52,971 nt of DNA from a virus (IMGVR_UViG_3300009678_000010:1-52971); one strand, 5' to 3'. Positions 26,321 to 36,358 are shown, counted from the stretch's first letter. Notes: generated by a model from the letters alone, not told the origin. Numbers and translations: made by a program.

Positions 26321-26626
26321 GTGGCTGCCACTTCACCGCTCGTGCGGGGAGGGCGTCCGTTTCTGCGGCTGCACCTGCGCGGGGCGACCGGAGAGATTCT
26401 CTGGGGCTACCGCCCGGCTGCCTGGTTGACGTCGTGGACGATTCGCCGTGGTCGCGATGCCTGGGTGCTCGCGGGCACGACGAATCGGATCGATGCCTTT
26501 CAAGTCCGACAGAAACCGCTCTATTTCACCGCACCACGCGACAAGGGCCGCTGGTGCTGGCCCGTGGTGTCGCTCGTCGTCGAAGGCAATCGTATCCAGG
26601 GCGTTCTGGGACCACCGGATAACTAG
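26321..26626 (+). CDS. hypothetical tail-region protein
   Basis: Lies between tail tube and chaperone; Trp-rich beta pattern. Confidence 0.55.
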   Translation: MAATSPLVRGGRPFLRLHLRGATGEILWGYRPAAWLTSWTIRRGRDAWVLAGTTNRIDAFQVRQKPLYFTAPRDKGRWCWPVVSLVVEGNRIQGVLGPPDN

Positions 26627-26650
26627 GAACCGAACAGAAAGCAGGGGCAC

Positions 26651-27079
26651 ATGCCGCGCACACGTTTCGTTATTCCGAGCGTCACGACACTGACGCTGTC
26701 GGATGGCGATTGGATTCAGGTCAAGAACCAACTCACGGTCGGCGAGGAGCGCGCGGCGTTCCAGCAAATCATCGGCGAAATCAATCAGCAGACCGGCTGG
26801 CGCAAACCGAACATCGCGCTGCAGGGCATCGCGGAGATTGCCGCGTATCTGGTCGCGTGGTCGTTCCGTGACCCGGAAGGCAATCCCATTCCGCCGGACG
26901 TGGCGACGATTCAACTGCTCGACGTGGACAGCTACCGCGAGCTCGAGGCCGCCGTTGAGGGGCACATCAGGAAGATGGAAGCGGAACGGGCGGCCGCAAA
27001 AAACGGCTCGACCACAGGGAGCGAATCTACGCGGACTTCGATATCTGTCGCGCCTGTGGATGGACTTACAACGATCTGA
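26651..27079 (+). CDS. tail assembly chaperone (gpG-like)
   Basis: Gene order; LVAWSF..G.PIP..LD; slippery A-AAA-AAC at 26998-27004. Confidence 0.8.
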   Translation: MPRTRFVIPSVTTLTLSDGDWIQVKNQLTVGEERAAFQQIIGEINQQTGWRKPNIALQGIAEIAAYLVAWSFRDPEGNPIPPDVATIQLLDVDSYRELEAAVEGHIRKMEAERAAAKNGSTTGSESTRTSISVAPVDGLTTI

Positions 27080-27159
27080 TGGAGTTGCCCGCGCACCTCT
27101 ATCCAGAACTCATCGAGTGGTTGAATGAACGAGGATCGCAGCGCAATGGATTCGACTGA
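26998..27159 (+). other. programmed -1 frameshift site and gpT-like extension
   Basis: In-frame X-XXY-YYZ heptamer; the -1 frame reads KRLDHRERIYADFDICRACGWTYNDLMELPAHLYPELIEWL...FD* ending at 27159. Confidence 0.8.
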
Positions 27160-27784
27160 ACGGAAACGCGAACGTAATCGGCTGTGGATGGCCGACTATC
27201 GCGAGCGCCATCGCGATGAGATCAATGCGCGGCAACGTGCGTCCTATGCGCAGAATTCAAGCCAGGTATTGAGAAGGCAAAAAGAGCGGAGACAGAGGCA
27301 CGCTGGCACGCTAGCGGATCAGCGCAAGAGACAGCCATCTCGAAGTGCTGAACGGAAGGCCGCCTATTTTCAGAAATACTATTCCCGCCATTCTGAAAAG
27401 AGAAAGGCATCAAGCCGCGCCTATTACGACCGCAACGGCGATACCGTGAGAGCACGACAGGCCGCGCAGCGTGAAGCCAATCGGCAACAGATTACAGCGA
27501 GGGTCAAGGCGCGTTACGACCGAAACCCTGAACCGTGGAAGGCGCGCGCGCGTGATCGCTCTGCTCGAAAACGGGGAGCACGTATCGGTCGCGTGGATTA
27601 CGCAGCGATCCTCAATGCGTTCAATGGCCTCTGCGGAATCTGCCAGAAATCGCTCGACCTGAAGGCTGAGAAATACCATTTCGATCACATCGTGCCGCTC
27701 GCCGCTGGTGGTCCGCACGAGACAAAGAACCTGCAAATTGCGCACGCGCGATGCAATTTGTCGAAGGGCGCGAGGGCCGCGTAG
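27146..27784 (+). CDS. HNH endonuclease with Arg-rich helical repeats
   Basis: CGIC...HFDHIVPLAAGGPHETKNLQIAHARCNLSKG; start at 27146 or 27125. Confidence 0.88.
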   Translation: MDSTERKRERNRLWMADYRERHRDEINARQRASYAQNSSQVLRRQKERRQRHAGTLADQRKRQPSRSAERKAAYFQKYYSRHSEKRKASSRAYYDRNGDTVRARQAAQREANRQQITARVKARYDRNPEPWKARARDRSARKRGARIGRVDYAAILNAFNGLCGICQKSLDLKAEKYHFDHIVPLAAGGPHETKNLQIAHARCNLSKGARAA

Positions 27785-30459
27785 TGGCAATTTCTGCCAC
27801 GTTCAGTGCGGATTTTAGTTCGTTCAACGCCGCCATAGAGCGCGCGGACGTGAAGCTGCGCGGCTTGGATTCGTCGTCGCGGTTCGTCGAGCGGTCGCTC
27901 AATCGGATGACGGATAACTTCTCGGGTCGCAAGTTGATCCAAGAAGCGACGTTGATGGTCAACGCCATCGAGCGCATCGGCGGCACGTCGAAACTGACCG
28001 AGACGGAACTCATCTCGGTCGGCAACAAGGCCGCCGAAGCCGCCGAAAAGATGAAACGGATGGGCGTCGAGGTGCCGCCGAAACTGGAGCAACTTGCGAC
28101 GGCCGCACAGAAGCCGGTCAGCGCGTTCTCGTCACTCACCGGCGTGATGGGCAAGCTCAATCCACTGATGGCCGCGTTCGGCGTCTCGCTGTCGGTCGGC
28201 GCAGTCGTCAGCTACGCCAAAGAGATCGGCGCGTTCGCGGGCGAGATGATCGACTTGTCCGCGCAGACCGGACTCTCGACGACGCGACTGCAGGCGTTCA
28301 ACTACGTCGGCGCAGGCGTCGGGCTGACGGTCGAAGGCATCGCGGCGAGTGCCGACCAACTCTCTCGGCGTCTGGGCGACGGCGATAAGTCGGTGGTCAG
28401 CGCGCTCGACAAGATGGGCCTCAGCATCGACGAGCTCAAGACCAAGGGTCTCGACGAGGTCATGTTCGAGATCGACAAGTCGCTCGTCGGTGTGAATAAC
28501 AAATTCGAGCGCGCGGCCATCCTGAATGACCTCTTCGGCCGCGCGGGCGCGAAGATGGGCCGCTTAATGACCGGCGCCTTAGAGGAAGTGACGGCGGCCG
28601 CTGAGAAGACCGGCGCCATCATGGACGAGGAACTGCTCAAGAAGGCCGACGAATTCGACGACGCCTGGGCGCAGGGCTGGATTCGGTTCCGGGCATTCGC
28701 CGCGGAGTCGATCGGCGCCGTCGCGAAGTTACTCTCCGGTCTGTCGGACCTCGCGACCGGATTCATTCCGGCCGGTGCGTTCGGTGCGCCACCGAAGGCG
28801 ACCACGCCGCGACGCATTGGCGGCTCGACTGGCATCCCCAGTATCGATACCGGGCTCACGCTGAAGATTGCGACAGACCCACTGGCGCCATTGAAGGCCT
28901 TCGTCGCTGCACAGAAGGAAGTCAATAAAGCCCGCGTCGAGGAAATCAAACTCCTCGAACAGACCCGCGAAGGCTTGGCGCTCTGGCTAACGCGCGGACT
29001 GCAAGCACCGCAAGCCATTCGCGGCGAGTTCACGACTGAGAACATCGCCAATCTCGTCTCCAGCAATCTGTCGACGTCGCTCGCGATGTTCGGGCCGCAG
29101 AACATCGGCGGCAGCGCGCAAGGTGGCGGCGGTCTCGGGATGGAGTCCGGCGCGTTAGGCGGCGCAGGCATGACCATCCAGCGGGCGATGCACGATTACT
29201 TCTCGTCGCCTGCCGGTGTCCGCATCTCGCGAGGCATGGGCATGTTGGGCACCGGCGGCACTGGCAGTCTGGTCGCTGGCGCTCTGGAGACGGGCGGCGG
29301 ACTCTTCGACGCCTATCAGGAAATCCTCGGCGCGACCGGGTCAGGCAGCCGCGCGAAGCGTGTCGCTGGAGGCGCGGCGACCGGCGCGAAGATTGGCACC
29401 GCGATTCTGCCGGGCATCGGGACCGCAGTCGGCGCGGTCGCCGGGGCCATCGTCGGCGTCTTCCGCGGCAAGTCCAAAGGCGAGCAACTCAACATCGATC
29501 GCGACACGCTCATCTCTCAAGCCTCAGGCATCAGCGGCGACAAGGGCGCCTCGCAAGCCAAGTTCCGCGAACTGGCGACCGCGGCCGGCGTCGCTAGTTC
29601 CGAGATCGATAAGCTGTTCTCGACGCACAAGCAGCAGGAATTCGAGAAGGGCCTCGACTCCATCACCAAGAAGATGGGCGAGTTCACCTCGGAGCAGGAA
29701 GCCGACGCGGCTCGGCTCGAAGCAGCCATCGAGAAATACGGATTTTCCATCGAGCAGATCGGGCCGAAGTTGCAGCAACAGAAACTCGACGCGCAGGCGA
29801 AGGAACTCATCGAAGATTGGCGCGTGCTCGTCGGCGCAGGCATCGACCTGACCGTCGTCAATGAGCAAATGTCTGCGGCCATCAACGAGTATGTGCAGAC
29901 GGCCGTGCGGCTCGGGACGGAAGTGCCCGCGGCGATGCGCCCGATGCTGCAGAAACTGCTCGAGCAGGGACTGCTCACTGACGAAGCCGGCAACGCGATC
30001 ACCGATCTCGAAGAGGCCGGCATCACGTTCGCGGAGACGATGACCGAAGGGTTCGATCGGGTCGTCGTGAAGCTCGATGAACTGATCGCTAAACTCATCG
30101 CGGCAGGCACGGCCATCGGCGATCTGCCATCAGTGCCAGACGCGAGCGGCTATCTGCCTGGCGACCAGACTCAGACAGGCATCTGGGATCCGACCCGCGG
30201 CGGCACGCGGATGCCGGAACTGCAGGAGTTCGCCACTGGCACGGGCGGGCGGTATCTCAGTTTCGGCCGCGGAACGCCGGTGATGTTGCACGGCAACGAG
30301 CGCGTGATGACGGAATCCGAGGGCCGCGCGGAGGGCTCGGCGTGGTCGATGCTCGGCGACAAGCTCGACACGCTCAACGGCAACATTCAGATGATGTTCG
30401 AAGGCGTGCGCCGGGCTGCACGCGATGACATGGCGATCTCGATCGGACGAAGGGTGTAG
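27784..30459 (+). CDS. tape measure protein
   Basis: About 890-aa Ala/Gly-rich helical protein after the chaperone; C-terminal FATG..GTPVMLHGNERV. Confidence 0.92.
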   Translation: MAISATFSADFSSFNAAIERADVKLRGLDSSSRFVERSLNRMTDNFSGRKLIQEATLMVNAIERIGGTSKLTETELISVGNKAAEAAEKMKRMGVEVPPKLEQLATAAQKPVSAFSSLTGVMGKLNPLMAAFGVSLSVGAVVSYAKEIGAFAGEMIDLSAQTGLSTTRLQAFNYVGAGVGLTVEGIAASADQLSRRLGDGDKSVVSALDKMGLSIDELKTKGLDEVMFEIDKSLVGVNNKFERAAILNDLFGRAGAKMGRLMTGALEEVTAAAEKTGAIMDEELLKKADEFDDAWAQGWIRFRAFAAESIGAVAKLLSGLSDLATGFIPAGAFGAPPKATTPRRIGGSTGIPSIDTGLTLKIATDPLAPLKAFVAAQKEVNKARVEEIKLLEQTREGLALWLTRGLQAPQAIRGEFTTENIANLVSSNLSTSLAMFGPQNIGGSAQGGGGLGMESGALGGAGMTIQRAMHDYFSSPAGVRISRGMGMLGTGGTGSLVAGALETGGGLFDAYQEILGATGSGSRAKRVAGGAATGAKIGTAILPGIGTAVGAVAGAIVGVFRGKSKGEQLNIDRDTLISQASGISGDKGASQAKFRELATAAGVASSEIDKLFSTHKQQEFEKGLDSITKKMGEFTSEQEADAARLEAAIEKYGFSIEQIGPKLQQQKLDAQAKELIEDWRVLVGAGIDLTVVNEQMSAAINEYVQTAVRLGTEVPAAMRPMLQKLLEQGLLTDEAGNAITDLEEAGITFAETMTEGFDRVVVKLDELIAKLIAAGTAIGDLPSVPDASGYLPGDQTQTGIWDPTRGGTRMPELQEFATGTGGRYLSFGRGTPVMLHGNERVMTESEGRAEGSAWSMLGDKLDTLNGNIQMMFEGVRRAARDDMAISIGRRV

Positions 30460-30462
30460 TCG

Positions 30463-30996
30463 ATGGCTGATAACGTCACGCTTCCCGGCACCGGCACACT
30501 CGTCGCGACCGATGAAATCACGTATTCAGGCGATACCGCAGAAGTTCAACTTTTCCGGCTTGTTCACATCTCCGGAGCCGAAGGTGCGAAGACACTGACG
30601 GAACTCGTCACGGCCGCAGGCAGTCCGGCTGCTGTCGCGCTCACGGTGCACAACCCGACGACGCTCTATCACGCCATCATGCTAGCGGCGACCACGAACG
30701 CCGTTCGAATTAAAAGCGGGGCCACGGCATTGAAAAGTATTCACGCGAGCAGCGTTCGGGACAGTTCGTATTTCATCAAGATCCACGACAGCAATACGAA
30801 TCCGCCCGTAGCTGGTTCGACGGCAGTCGCGTTCCCGATACAGGTGCAAGCCGGTCAACCACGAGACATTGTGTTTGCTGATGGTGGGCTTCCTCTCGCA
30901 AGCGGATTCGGCGTGACGATTGTGACTGAACTCGAAGACACCGGTTCAACGGCGGTCGCAGCCGGTGACGGCTCAGTGGTGTTTGGCTATGTCTAA
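30463..30996 (+). CDS. putative virion protein with C-terminal beta-sandwich
   Basis: MADNV..ATDE N-terminus; IKSG..LKSI..FIKIHD..GLPLASG. Confidence 0.65.
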   Translation: MADNVTLPGTGTLVATDEITYSGDTAEVQLFRLVHISGAEGAKTLTELVTAAGSPAAVALTVHNPTTLYHAIMLAATTNAVRIKSGATALKSIHASSVRDSSYFIKIHDSNTNPPVAGSTAVAFPIQVQAGQPRDIVFADGGLPLASGFGVTIVTELEDTGSTAVAAGDGSVVFGYV

Positions 30997-31456
30997 GAAC
31001 CAAGCTATCAGGATACTCATCGGCGCAGTCGTCGGCACAGTCATCGGCCTGCTCATTACGGCGTCCGCCCAGCAGCCGGTAACAGTCGCGAACACGGCCG
31101 TCGACCCGTGCGCTGACCCGGCGAAGGTGATCACGGTCGGCGTGTTCACGGGCTCGGCCATGCAGCGCGACGAACTCGTGGCCGTCGATGGCACCGAACG
31201 CATTTACCTGTGTAGCGCCTGGCTGGTCGGCAGCGCGACCGGTGACTTCTCGCTCTACTTCGGGACCGGCACGACCTGTCAGACCGGCGAAGACTTGCTC
31301 CACAAAGAGACGTTCACGGCCGATCTCCTGCCGGCCGAATTCGTCTCCGGAGGCATCTCCGCGACGGCCGCGCGCAGCGATACGGCGCACGCCTTCTGCA
31401 TGGAACGGCACTCGGCCATGACCATCTCCGGACACTACCGTTACGTGCAGGAATGA
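30989..31456 (+). CDS. signal-peptide-bearing 4-Cys protein, paralog A
   Basis: MSKNQAIRILIGAVVGTVIGLLITASA|QQ; DPCADP, YLCSA, TC, FC; ends GHYRYVQE. Confidence 0.8.
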   Translation: MSKNQAIRILIGAVVGTVIGLLITASAQQPVTVANTAVDPCADPAKVITVGVFTGSAMQRDELVAVDGTERIYLCSAWLVGSATGDFSLYFGTGTTCQTGEDLLHKETFTADLLPAEFVSGGISATAARSDTAHAFCMERHSAMTISGHYRYVQE

Positions 31457-31457
31457 C

Positions 31458-31907
31458 ATGAGATTCCTACTCGCGGCCATCCTGATTGCGTTGCTCACGC
31501 TGCTCGTCGCAGCCACATCGGCACAGCAGCGCGTCAACGTCGTAAATATCGGGTATGACCCGTGCGCCGACCCTAATCGCGTGACGGTCCTCGGGCTCGA
31601 CCAGGCCGACGCCGCCGACTCATTCGAGCTCGTGCCGGTCTCCGGGGTCACGCGCATCTATCTGTGCAGCGCGTCGCTGCAGGGCGGGGTCGCGACGCAT
31701 CTCTATGTGCACTTCGGGTCCGGGGCGGCCTGTGCCTCGACGCAGGCGTTCGTCAGCTACGTCTCGACGGCTGGACTGACGCCGAAGCGTCTGCACACCG
31801 GCGGAGGATCGGCGACGTTCGCGCGCAGTGAGACCAGCCGGGCGCTCTGCATCTATCGGCTGGTCTCGACGACCGTGAAGGGGCACGTGCGCTATGTCCA
31901 GGAGTAG
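31458..31907 (+). CDS. signal-peptide-bearing 4-Cys protein, paralog B
   Basis: MRFLLAAILIALLTLLVAATSA|QQ; DPCADP, YLCSA, AC, LC; ends GHVRYVQE. Confidence 0.8.
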   Translation: MRFLLAAILIALLTLLVAATSAQQRVNVVNIGYDPCADPNRVTVLGLDQADAADSFELVPVSGVTRIYLCSASLQGGVATHLYVHFGSGAACASTQAFVSYVSTAGLTPKRLHTGGGSATFARSETSRALCIYRLVSTTVKGHVRYVQE

Positions 31908-33489
31908 CCTGCTCTTCGTCCTGTGCCTGCTGTTCGCTGCGCCAGCGGCTGCGCAGAACGTCCGTCGCGTCACGTCCACCATTCCGCCACCGTCGGGCGC
32001 CGGCGCGGTCGTCACGGTAATCGCCGGACAGAGCATCGCCAGCGCGATCACGGCGGCCGGTGCCGGCGGCGTCATCCTGCTGAAGGCCGGGACGCATCGG
32101 GTCACGAGCGCGCTGACACCGCTGAACAATCAGGTCTTCATCGGCGAGAAGGACAGTGACGGCACGCGGCGATCGCGGCTGAACGGCTCGCGCATCCTGA
32201 CCGGCTGGATCGCCGACTCGGGCCGCTGGTATGTCACCGGCCAGACGCAGGCCGGGACGCTGGGCGTCGACATGGATTGCGACGACGGCACGCCGGAGCA
32301 TCCGATCGCGGCCGGGCGCTTCGACCGCTGCGTCAACCCTGAGCAGTTGTATTTCAACTGCAGCACGGTCGCGACCTGCACGATGAAGCACCATGAGACG
32401 AGCCTGGCTGCCACCGGCGCCGGCGAGTGGTTCTTCGACTACGCGGCCGATCGCATCTATGTCGGCGACGACCCGACGAGCGCCTTCGTCGAGACGGCGG
32501 TCACGCAACTGCCGTTCACCGGATCGGCGAGTGGTGTCACCGTCCGCGGCCTCGTCGTCGAGATGTTCGCCTCCGTCAGCCAGGACGGAACCATCTACGC
32601 GAAAGACAACTGGCTGGTCGACGACAACGAGATCCGCTGGAACCACGGCGCCGGCATCCGCATGTCGACGCTGGTCGGCGCCAGGGTCCGCAACAACTAC
32701 ATCCACCATAACTGCAACTACGCCATCACCGGCGAAGGGCTCAACCTCGTCGTTGATGGCAATGAATTCGCCTACAACAACGTCCTGCCGCAGTCGAATG
32801 ATTGGGAGACCGCGCCATGCGGGTTCTGGTCGTTCTGGGGCGCGGGCGGGACCAAATTCGTCCACACGCTCGATCTGTTAGTGCGTGACAACTATTCGCA
32901 CCACAACAACGGGCCGGGCGTGTGGTTCGACATCGAGAACCGGCGCGGCATCATCAGAAATAACGTTCTCGAGTCCAACCGTCGCGCCGGCATCTTCTGG
33001 GAAATTTCCTGCTCGGCGGCCATTCACAACAACTGGGCGATCGGCAACGGGACCGGGCTCGACTTCCCGGGCATCGGGACCGGAGCCGGCATCGAAATCA
33101 ACACGTCGGCCGACGTCCTGGTCTACGACAACGTGATCACCGGCAACGCCTACGGCATCACCGGGACCGACGACATCAGGAACGGCGGCAACGAAGCGGG
33201 CGGCCAGTGCCAGCTTGATGGCGTCGTGTGGAAACTCGCGAACCTCTACGTCCACGACAACATCATCACCTCGTGCGGATCCTCGGCTGGCGTCTACTGG
33301 ACCGGCGTCACGGACAGCGGGCACGGCACCGACGCTTTTTCAGGCGCGCAGAATAACGACTTCGAAGACAACGTCTACACGCTCGGCGCCGGGACCAACT
33401 ATTTCAACTGGGCGTCCGGCAACATCGCGACGGCCGCGTGGACGGCGCTCGGGCACGATGACTCAGGCTCGTTTGGCAGTTGTCCGTGA
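31894..33489 (+). CDS. right-handed beta-helix (pectin-lyase-like) protein with signal peptide
   Basis: MSRSSLLFVLCLLFAAPAAA|QN; ILLKAGTHR; repeated DNEIRWNHGAGI, NNYIHHN, HHNNGPGVWFD, ESNRRAGIFWEIS. Confidence 0.85.
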   Translation: MSRSSLLFVLCLLFAAPAAAQNVRRVTSTIPPPSGAGAVVTVIAGQSIASAITAAGAGGVILLKAGTHRVTSALTPLNNQVFIGEKDSDGTRRSRLNGSRILTGWIADSGRWYVTGQTQAGTLGVDMDCDDGTPEHPIAAGRFDRCVNPEQLYFNCSTVATCTMKHHETSLAATGAGEWFFDYAADRIYVGDDPTSAFVETAVTQLPFTGSASGVTVRGLVVEMFASVSQDGTIYAKDNWLVDDNEIRWNHGAGIRMSTLVGARVRNNYIHHNCNYAITGEGLNLVVDGNEFAYNNVLPQSNDWETAPCGFWSFWGAGGTKFVHTLDLLVRDNYSHHNNGPGVWFDIENRRGIIRNNVLESNRRAGIFWEISCSAAIHNNWAIGNGTGLDFPGIGTGAGIEINTSADVLVYDNVITGNAYGITGTDDIRNGGNEAGGQCQLDGVVWKLANLYVHDNIITSCGSSAGVYWTGVTDSGHGTDAFSGAQNNDFEDNVYTLGAGTNYFNWASGNIATAAWTALGHDDSGSFGSCP

Positions 33490-35951
33490 CACTCCTTCTT
33501 CTCATGATCCTGCTCTTTGGCGGCGACGGCACCGGGCTCGCGACAGGACTCCTCACCGAGCACGTCCGAGTCGATGACATCGGCCAGGGGCAAACCCAGA
33601 TCATCGGCGCTATTCGGGTCAGTGATTTCCTGTTCGTTGAACGCACCGTTGCTGGTGCGACCGAGATATCGCAGACAGAGCACGTCCGCGTGCGCGACAC
33701 GCTCTCGGTCGGACGCGTCGATCCGGTGGTGCTTACCGGCGTCACGGTCGGCATTCAGATGGGCTTCCACGCCTCGAGTTACCGGGACACGCTCATCAAC
33801 GAGTCGTTCTGCGTGGCCGTCTGGCCGCTCGCCGACATTAACGGGACGACATTCCGCGACATCGTCGGCGGCCACCACGCCACGCTCAACGGCACCGGGC
33901 TCGTCACTGGCGTCCCGTTCGCGCTGCCAGAGGGCGGCATGGGCGTCACGGCCAATGGGAACCAGTTCATCTCGGTGCCAGATGACAGCGCGGCGAATGC
34001 GAATCTCAACCTGAGTCTCGCGAACGGCGACATCAATCAGTCGATTCTGATCAAGACGACGCACAACAGCGCGACGCTGCGCTGCATCATGTGCAAACAG
34101 GTCACGGACTCCAGCGGCAACGGCTGGTATCTCGGCCATCAGAGCGGCGCGGTCGTCTGGTATCTCGAGGTCGCCGGGTCGACGATCTTCAACTTCTCGC
34201 GCGGGTTCGTGTCGGACGGGCTCGAGCATCTGATTACGCCTGTCTACGACACTGCGGCCGGCGAGGCGTGGATTGAGATCGACGGCGTGCAGTCCGGCGC
34301 GAAAGTCACCGGCCTCGGCACTGAGCCGGCGGTCACGAACGCGACGATGCGGTTCTTCATGTTCCAGGACGGCGTCGCCGGTGACGGCAGCGGTTTCATC
34401 GGGTCGGCTTGCTACGCCATGCTCGGCCGCGAGGGCGACGACCAGCTCGGGGCCCGTCTGGACCCCTGCCGCGATTGGACCGATATCTCTCGGGACGTGC
34501 GCTCGGTCGTGCCGCTGGTCATCAGCTACGGCATCCAGGGCAGTCGCCCGGTCGACCATTGCGCGCACACGGGCACCTGCACGTTCGGGCTCGACAATTC
34601 CGCGCACAACAGCGCCGGGACGCTCGGCTACTACTCGCTCGACCATCCCGACAAGCGGACGAGTTTCCGCAAAGGCGCGCCGTTCCGGGTCGTCTTCACG
34701 TTCGAAGGCATCTCCTACTACAAGCACGTCGGCCGCATGGTGTCGGCGCTGTCGGCACCTGGTCAGAACCTTGAGCGCATCACGCGGGTCACGTCGGCCG
34801 ACTGGATGGATGTGGCGGCGAGCTCGCGGTTGCGCCTGCCCGCGCAGACCGGCATCGACTCCGATGCCGTCATGGGCCTCATCATCGACGAGGCGCTCAG
34901 GCCGCCACACGCGGTCGATATCAGCCCTGGCGCGGAGACGTTCGATTACGCCTTACACATGGGCATCGGCGGCCGCGAGTCGATCATGAGCGAGGCCGCC
35001 CGCTGCTGCGAGAGTGAGTTCGGCGTCTTCTACGTCAAAGGCGATCAATCGCAGGGTGGTGTCGTGACCTTCGAAGGCCGACCGAATCGCCAGATCGACA
35101 TGACGGCCTTGGCGACGTTCACGAACAGCATGGCCGGGCTGACACCGAACGAAACGCAGAAGCCGAATCTGATGCTCATCACTGTGCATCCGGCCGTCGT
35201 CGGTGACACGCCCGAAGTGCTGTTCGCGATGACGGCTCGGCAGCCGATACCGCCGGGCGAAGCGGTGCAGATCCTGGTCGACTACCGCGACCCGGACAAT
35301 GCAGCCATCGCCATCGCCGGAGACGACATCATTACGCCCGTCGTCGTCACCGACTATACGATGACAGCGGCCGAGGACGGTTTAGGCGTGAACCTGAATG
35401 CCTTCGCCACCATCGACGAAACCGGCGCCGAGCTCGGTGGAACCAACGCGGTCCTGACGGTCACGAACTCCTCCGGCCAGGTCGGCTGGTTCACGACGCA
35501 AATTCGCGGCACGGCCATCCGACACGAGGATCCGGTCACGATTCCGGTCGGGGAAGATGCCGTCATCCGTGCCGATGGACCGACCGAAGAGACGATGAAC
35601 CTGGCGTATAACGGCTCGCGAGAGTTTGCGCAGTCGCTGGGCGAGCACATCCTGGCGCTCTACGAAGCCGGTCGCGTCTCGGCGATTTCCTTCATCGCGA
35701 ACACGAGCGCGGAACTGATGACGCAGGCGCTGGCGCGCGAACCTGGCGACCGCATCGAGATTCTTGAGACGATGCAATCGGGCAACGTGGCGCACGCCTA
35801 CGTCATCAATCACGTCGAGCTCGAAGTGACGGCCGGCAACATCATCCGGTGCACGTGGACGCTCGGCCCTGTCGCGGACATCGGCGCGGTCTGGTTGCTG
35901 GGCGTGGCCGGGTCATCGGAGATGGGAGAAACTACGGTGTTAGGACTGTGA
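33480..35951 (+). CDS. large tail protein: N-terminal EHVRV repeats, LamG-like domain, tail hub-like C-terminus
   Basis: VAVWPLAD..DIVGGHHAT, WIEIDG; WTDISRDVR; ESEFGVFYV..G.VTFEGR; REPGDRIEI; start at 33480 or 33486. Confidence 0.8.
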   Translation: MSVTLLLLMILLFGGDGTGLATGLLTEHVRVDDIGQGQTQIIGAIRVSDFLFVERTVAGATEISQTEHVRVRDTLSVGRVDPVVLTGVTVGIQMGFHASSYRDTLINESFCVAVWPLADINGTTFRDIVGGHHATLNGTGLVTGVPFALPEGGMGVTANGNQFISVPDDSAANANLNLSLANGDINQSILIKTTHNSATLRCIMCKQVTDSSGNGWYLGHQSGAVVWYLEVAGSTIFNFSRGFVSDGLEHLITPVYDTAAGEAWIEIDGVQSGAKVTGLGTEPAVTNATMRFFMFQDGVAGDGSGFIGSACYAMLGREGDDQLGARLDPCRDWTDISRDVRSVVPLVISYGIQGSRPVDHCAHTGTCTFGLDNSAHNSAGTLGYYSLDHPDKRTSFRKGAPFRVVFTFEGISYYKHVGRMVSALSAPGQNLERITRVTSADWMDVAASSRLRLPAQTGIDSDAVMGLIIDEALRPPHAVDISPGAETFDYALHMGIGGRESIMSEAARCCESEFGVFYVKGDQSQGGVVTFEGRPNRQIDMTALATFTNSMAGLTPNETQKPNLMLITVHPAVVGDTPEVLFAMTARQPIPPGEAVQILVDYRDPDNAAIAIAGDDIITPVVVTDYTMTAAEDGLGVNLNAFATIDETGAELGGTNAVLTVTNSSGQVGWFTTQIRGTAIRHEDPVTIPVGEDAVIRADGPTEETMNLAYNGSREFAQSLGEHILALYEAGRVSAISFIANTSAELMTQALAREPGDRIEILETMQSGNVAHAYVINHVELEVTAGNIIRCTWTLGPVADIGAVWLLGVAGSSEMGETTVLGL

Positions 35952-36358
35952 TTCGCACCGCTCTCCGGATGATTGGCGTGACATCGCTGGCGCACTACCG
36001 TTCGATGGTTGAGGCCGCCGCGCGCGCCGAAGGTATGCGCGTGGTGACCGACAGTCGGACCCTGCGTCCTCGCGTCGAGGAGGGCCGATGGCTTGTGCCA
36101 TGTCCGAACTGCGGGGCCGGAATTGCTATTGAGCCGAACTGGCCTGAGGCCGGGTGTTTCGACGTGGACGCTGAGTGCTTCCGGTGGTTTCCGAACATTG
36201 AAATGCCAGCGGAGCGCGCCACCATCGAGGCGCTGTTGAATCGACGAATCAGCCGGGCTAACAGGAACTGGCTGCCAGGCGAACCAGTTGCCGCGCTCCG
36301 CGACGAGAACGACCGCAACCCTGATGCCGTGCGCGGCGAACGCGAGGCCGAGAGATGA
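35948..36358 (+). CDS. hypothetical tail-region protein (CPNC motif)
   Basis: GRWLVPCPNCG..NRNWLPGE; overlaps both neighbours. Confidence 0.65.
   Translation: MIRTALRMIGVTSLAHYRSMVEAAARAEGMRVVTDSRTLRPRVEEGRWLVPCPNCGAGIAIEPNWPEAGCFDVDAECFRWFPNIEMPAERATIEALLNRRISRANRNWLPGEPVAALRDENDRNPDAVRGEREAER

Noticed and set aside
26703-27128. 141-aa ORF as the frameshifted chaperone extension
   Set aside because: It is the +1 frame; the -1 frame ending at 27159 carries the gpT-like sequence
30989-31907. Paralog pair as the template/variable repeats of a diversity-generating retroelement
   Set aside because: No reverse transcriptase is present, and differences are spread across all bases rather than adenine-specific
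33399-34910. 503-aa minus-strand ORF, and similar ones at 31753-32865, 17594-18913, 21850-22827 and 15218-16186
   Set aside because: Shadow frames opposite well-supported genes, Arg/Ala-rich and without motifs
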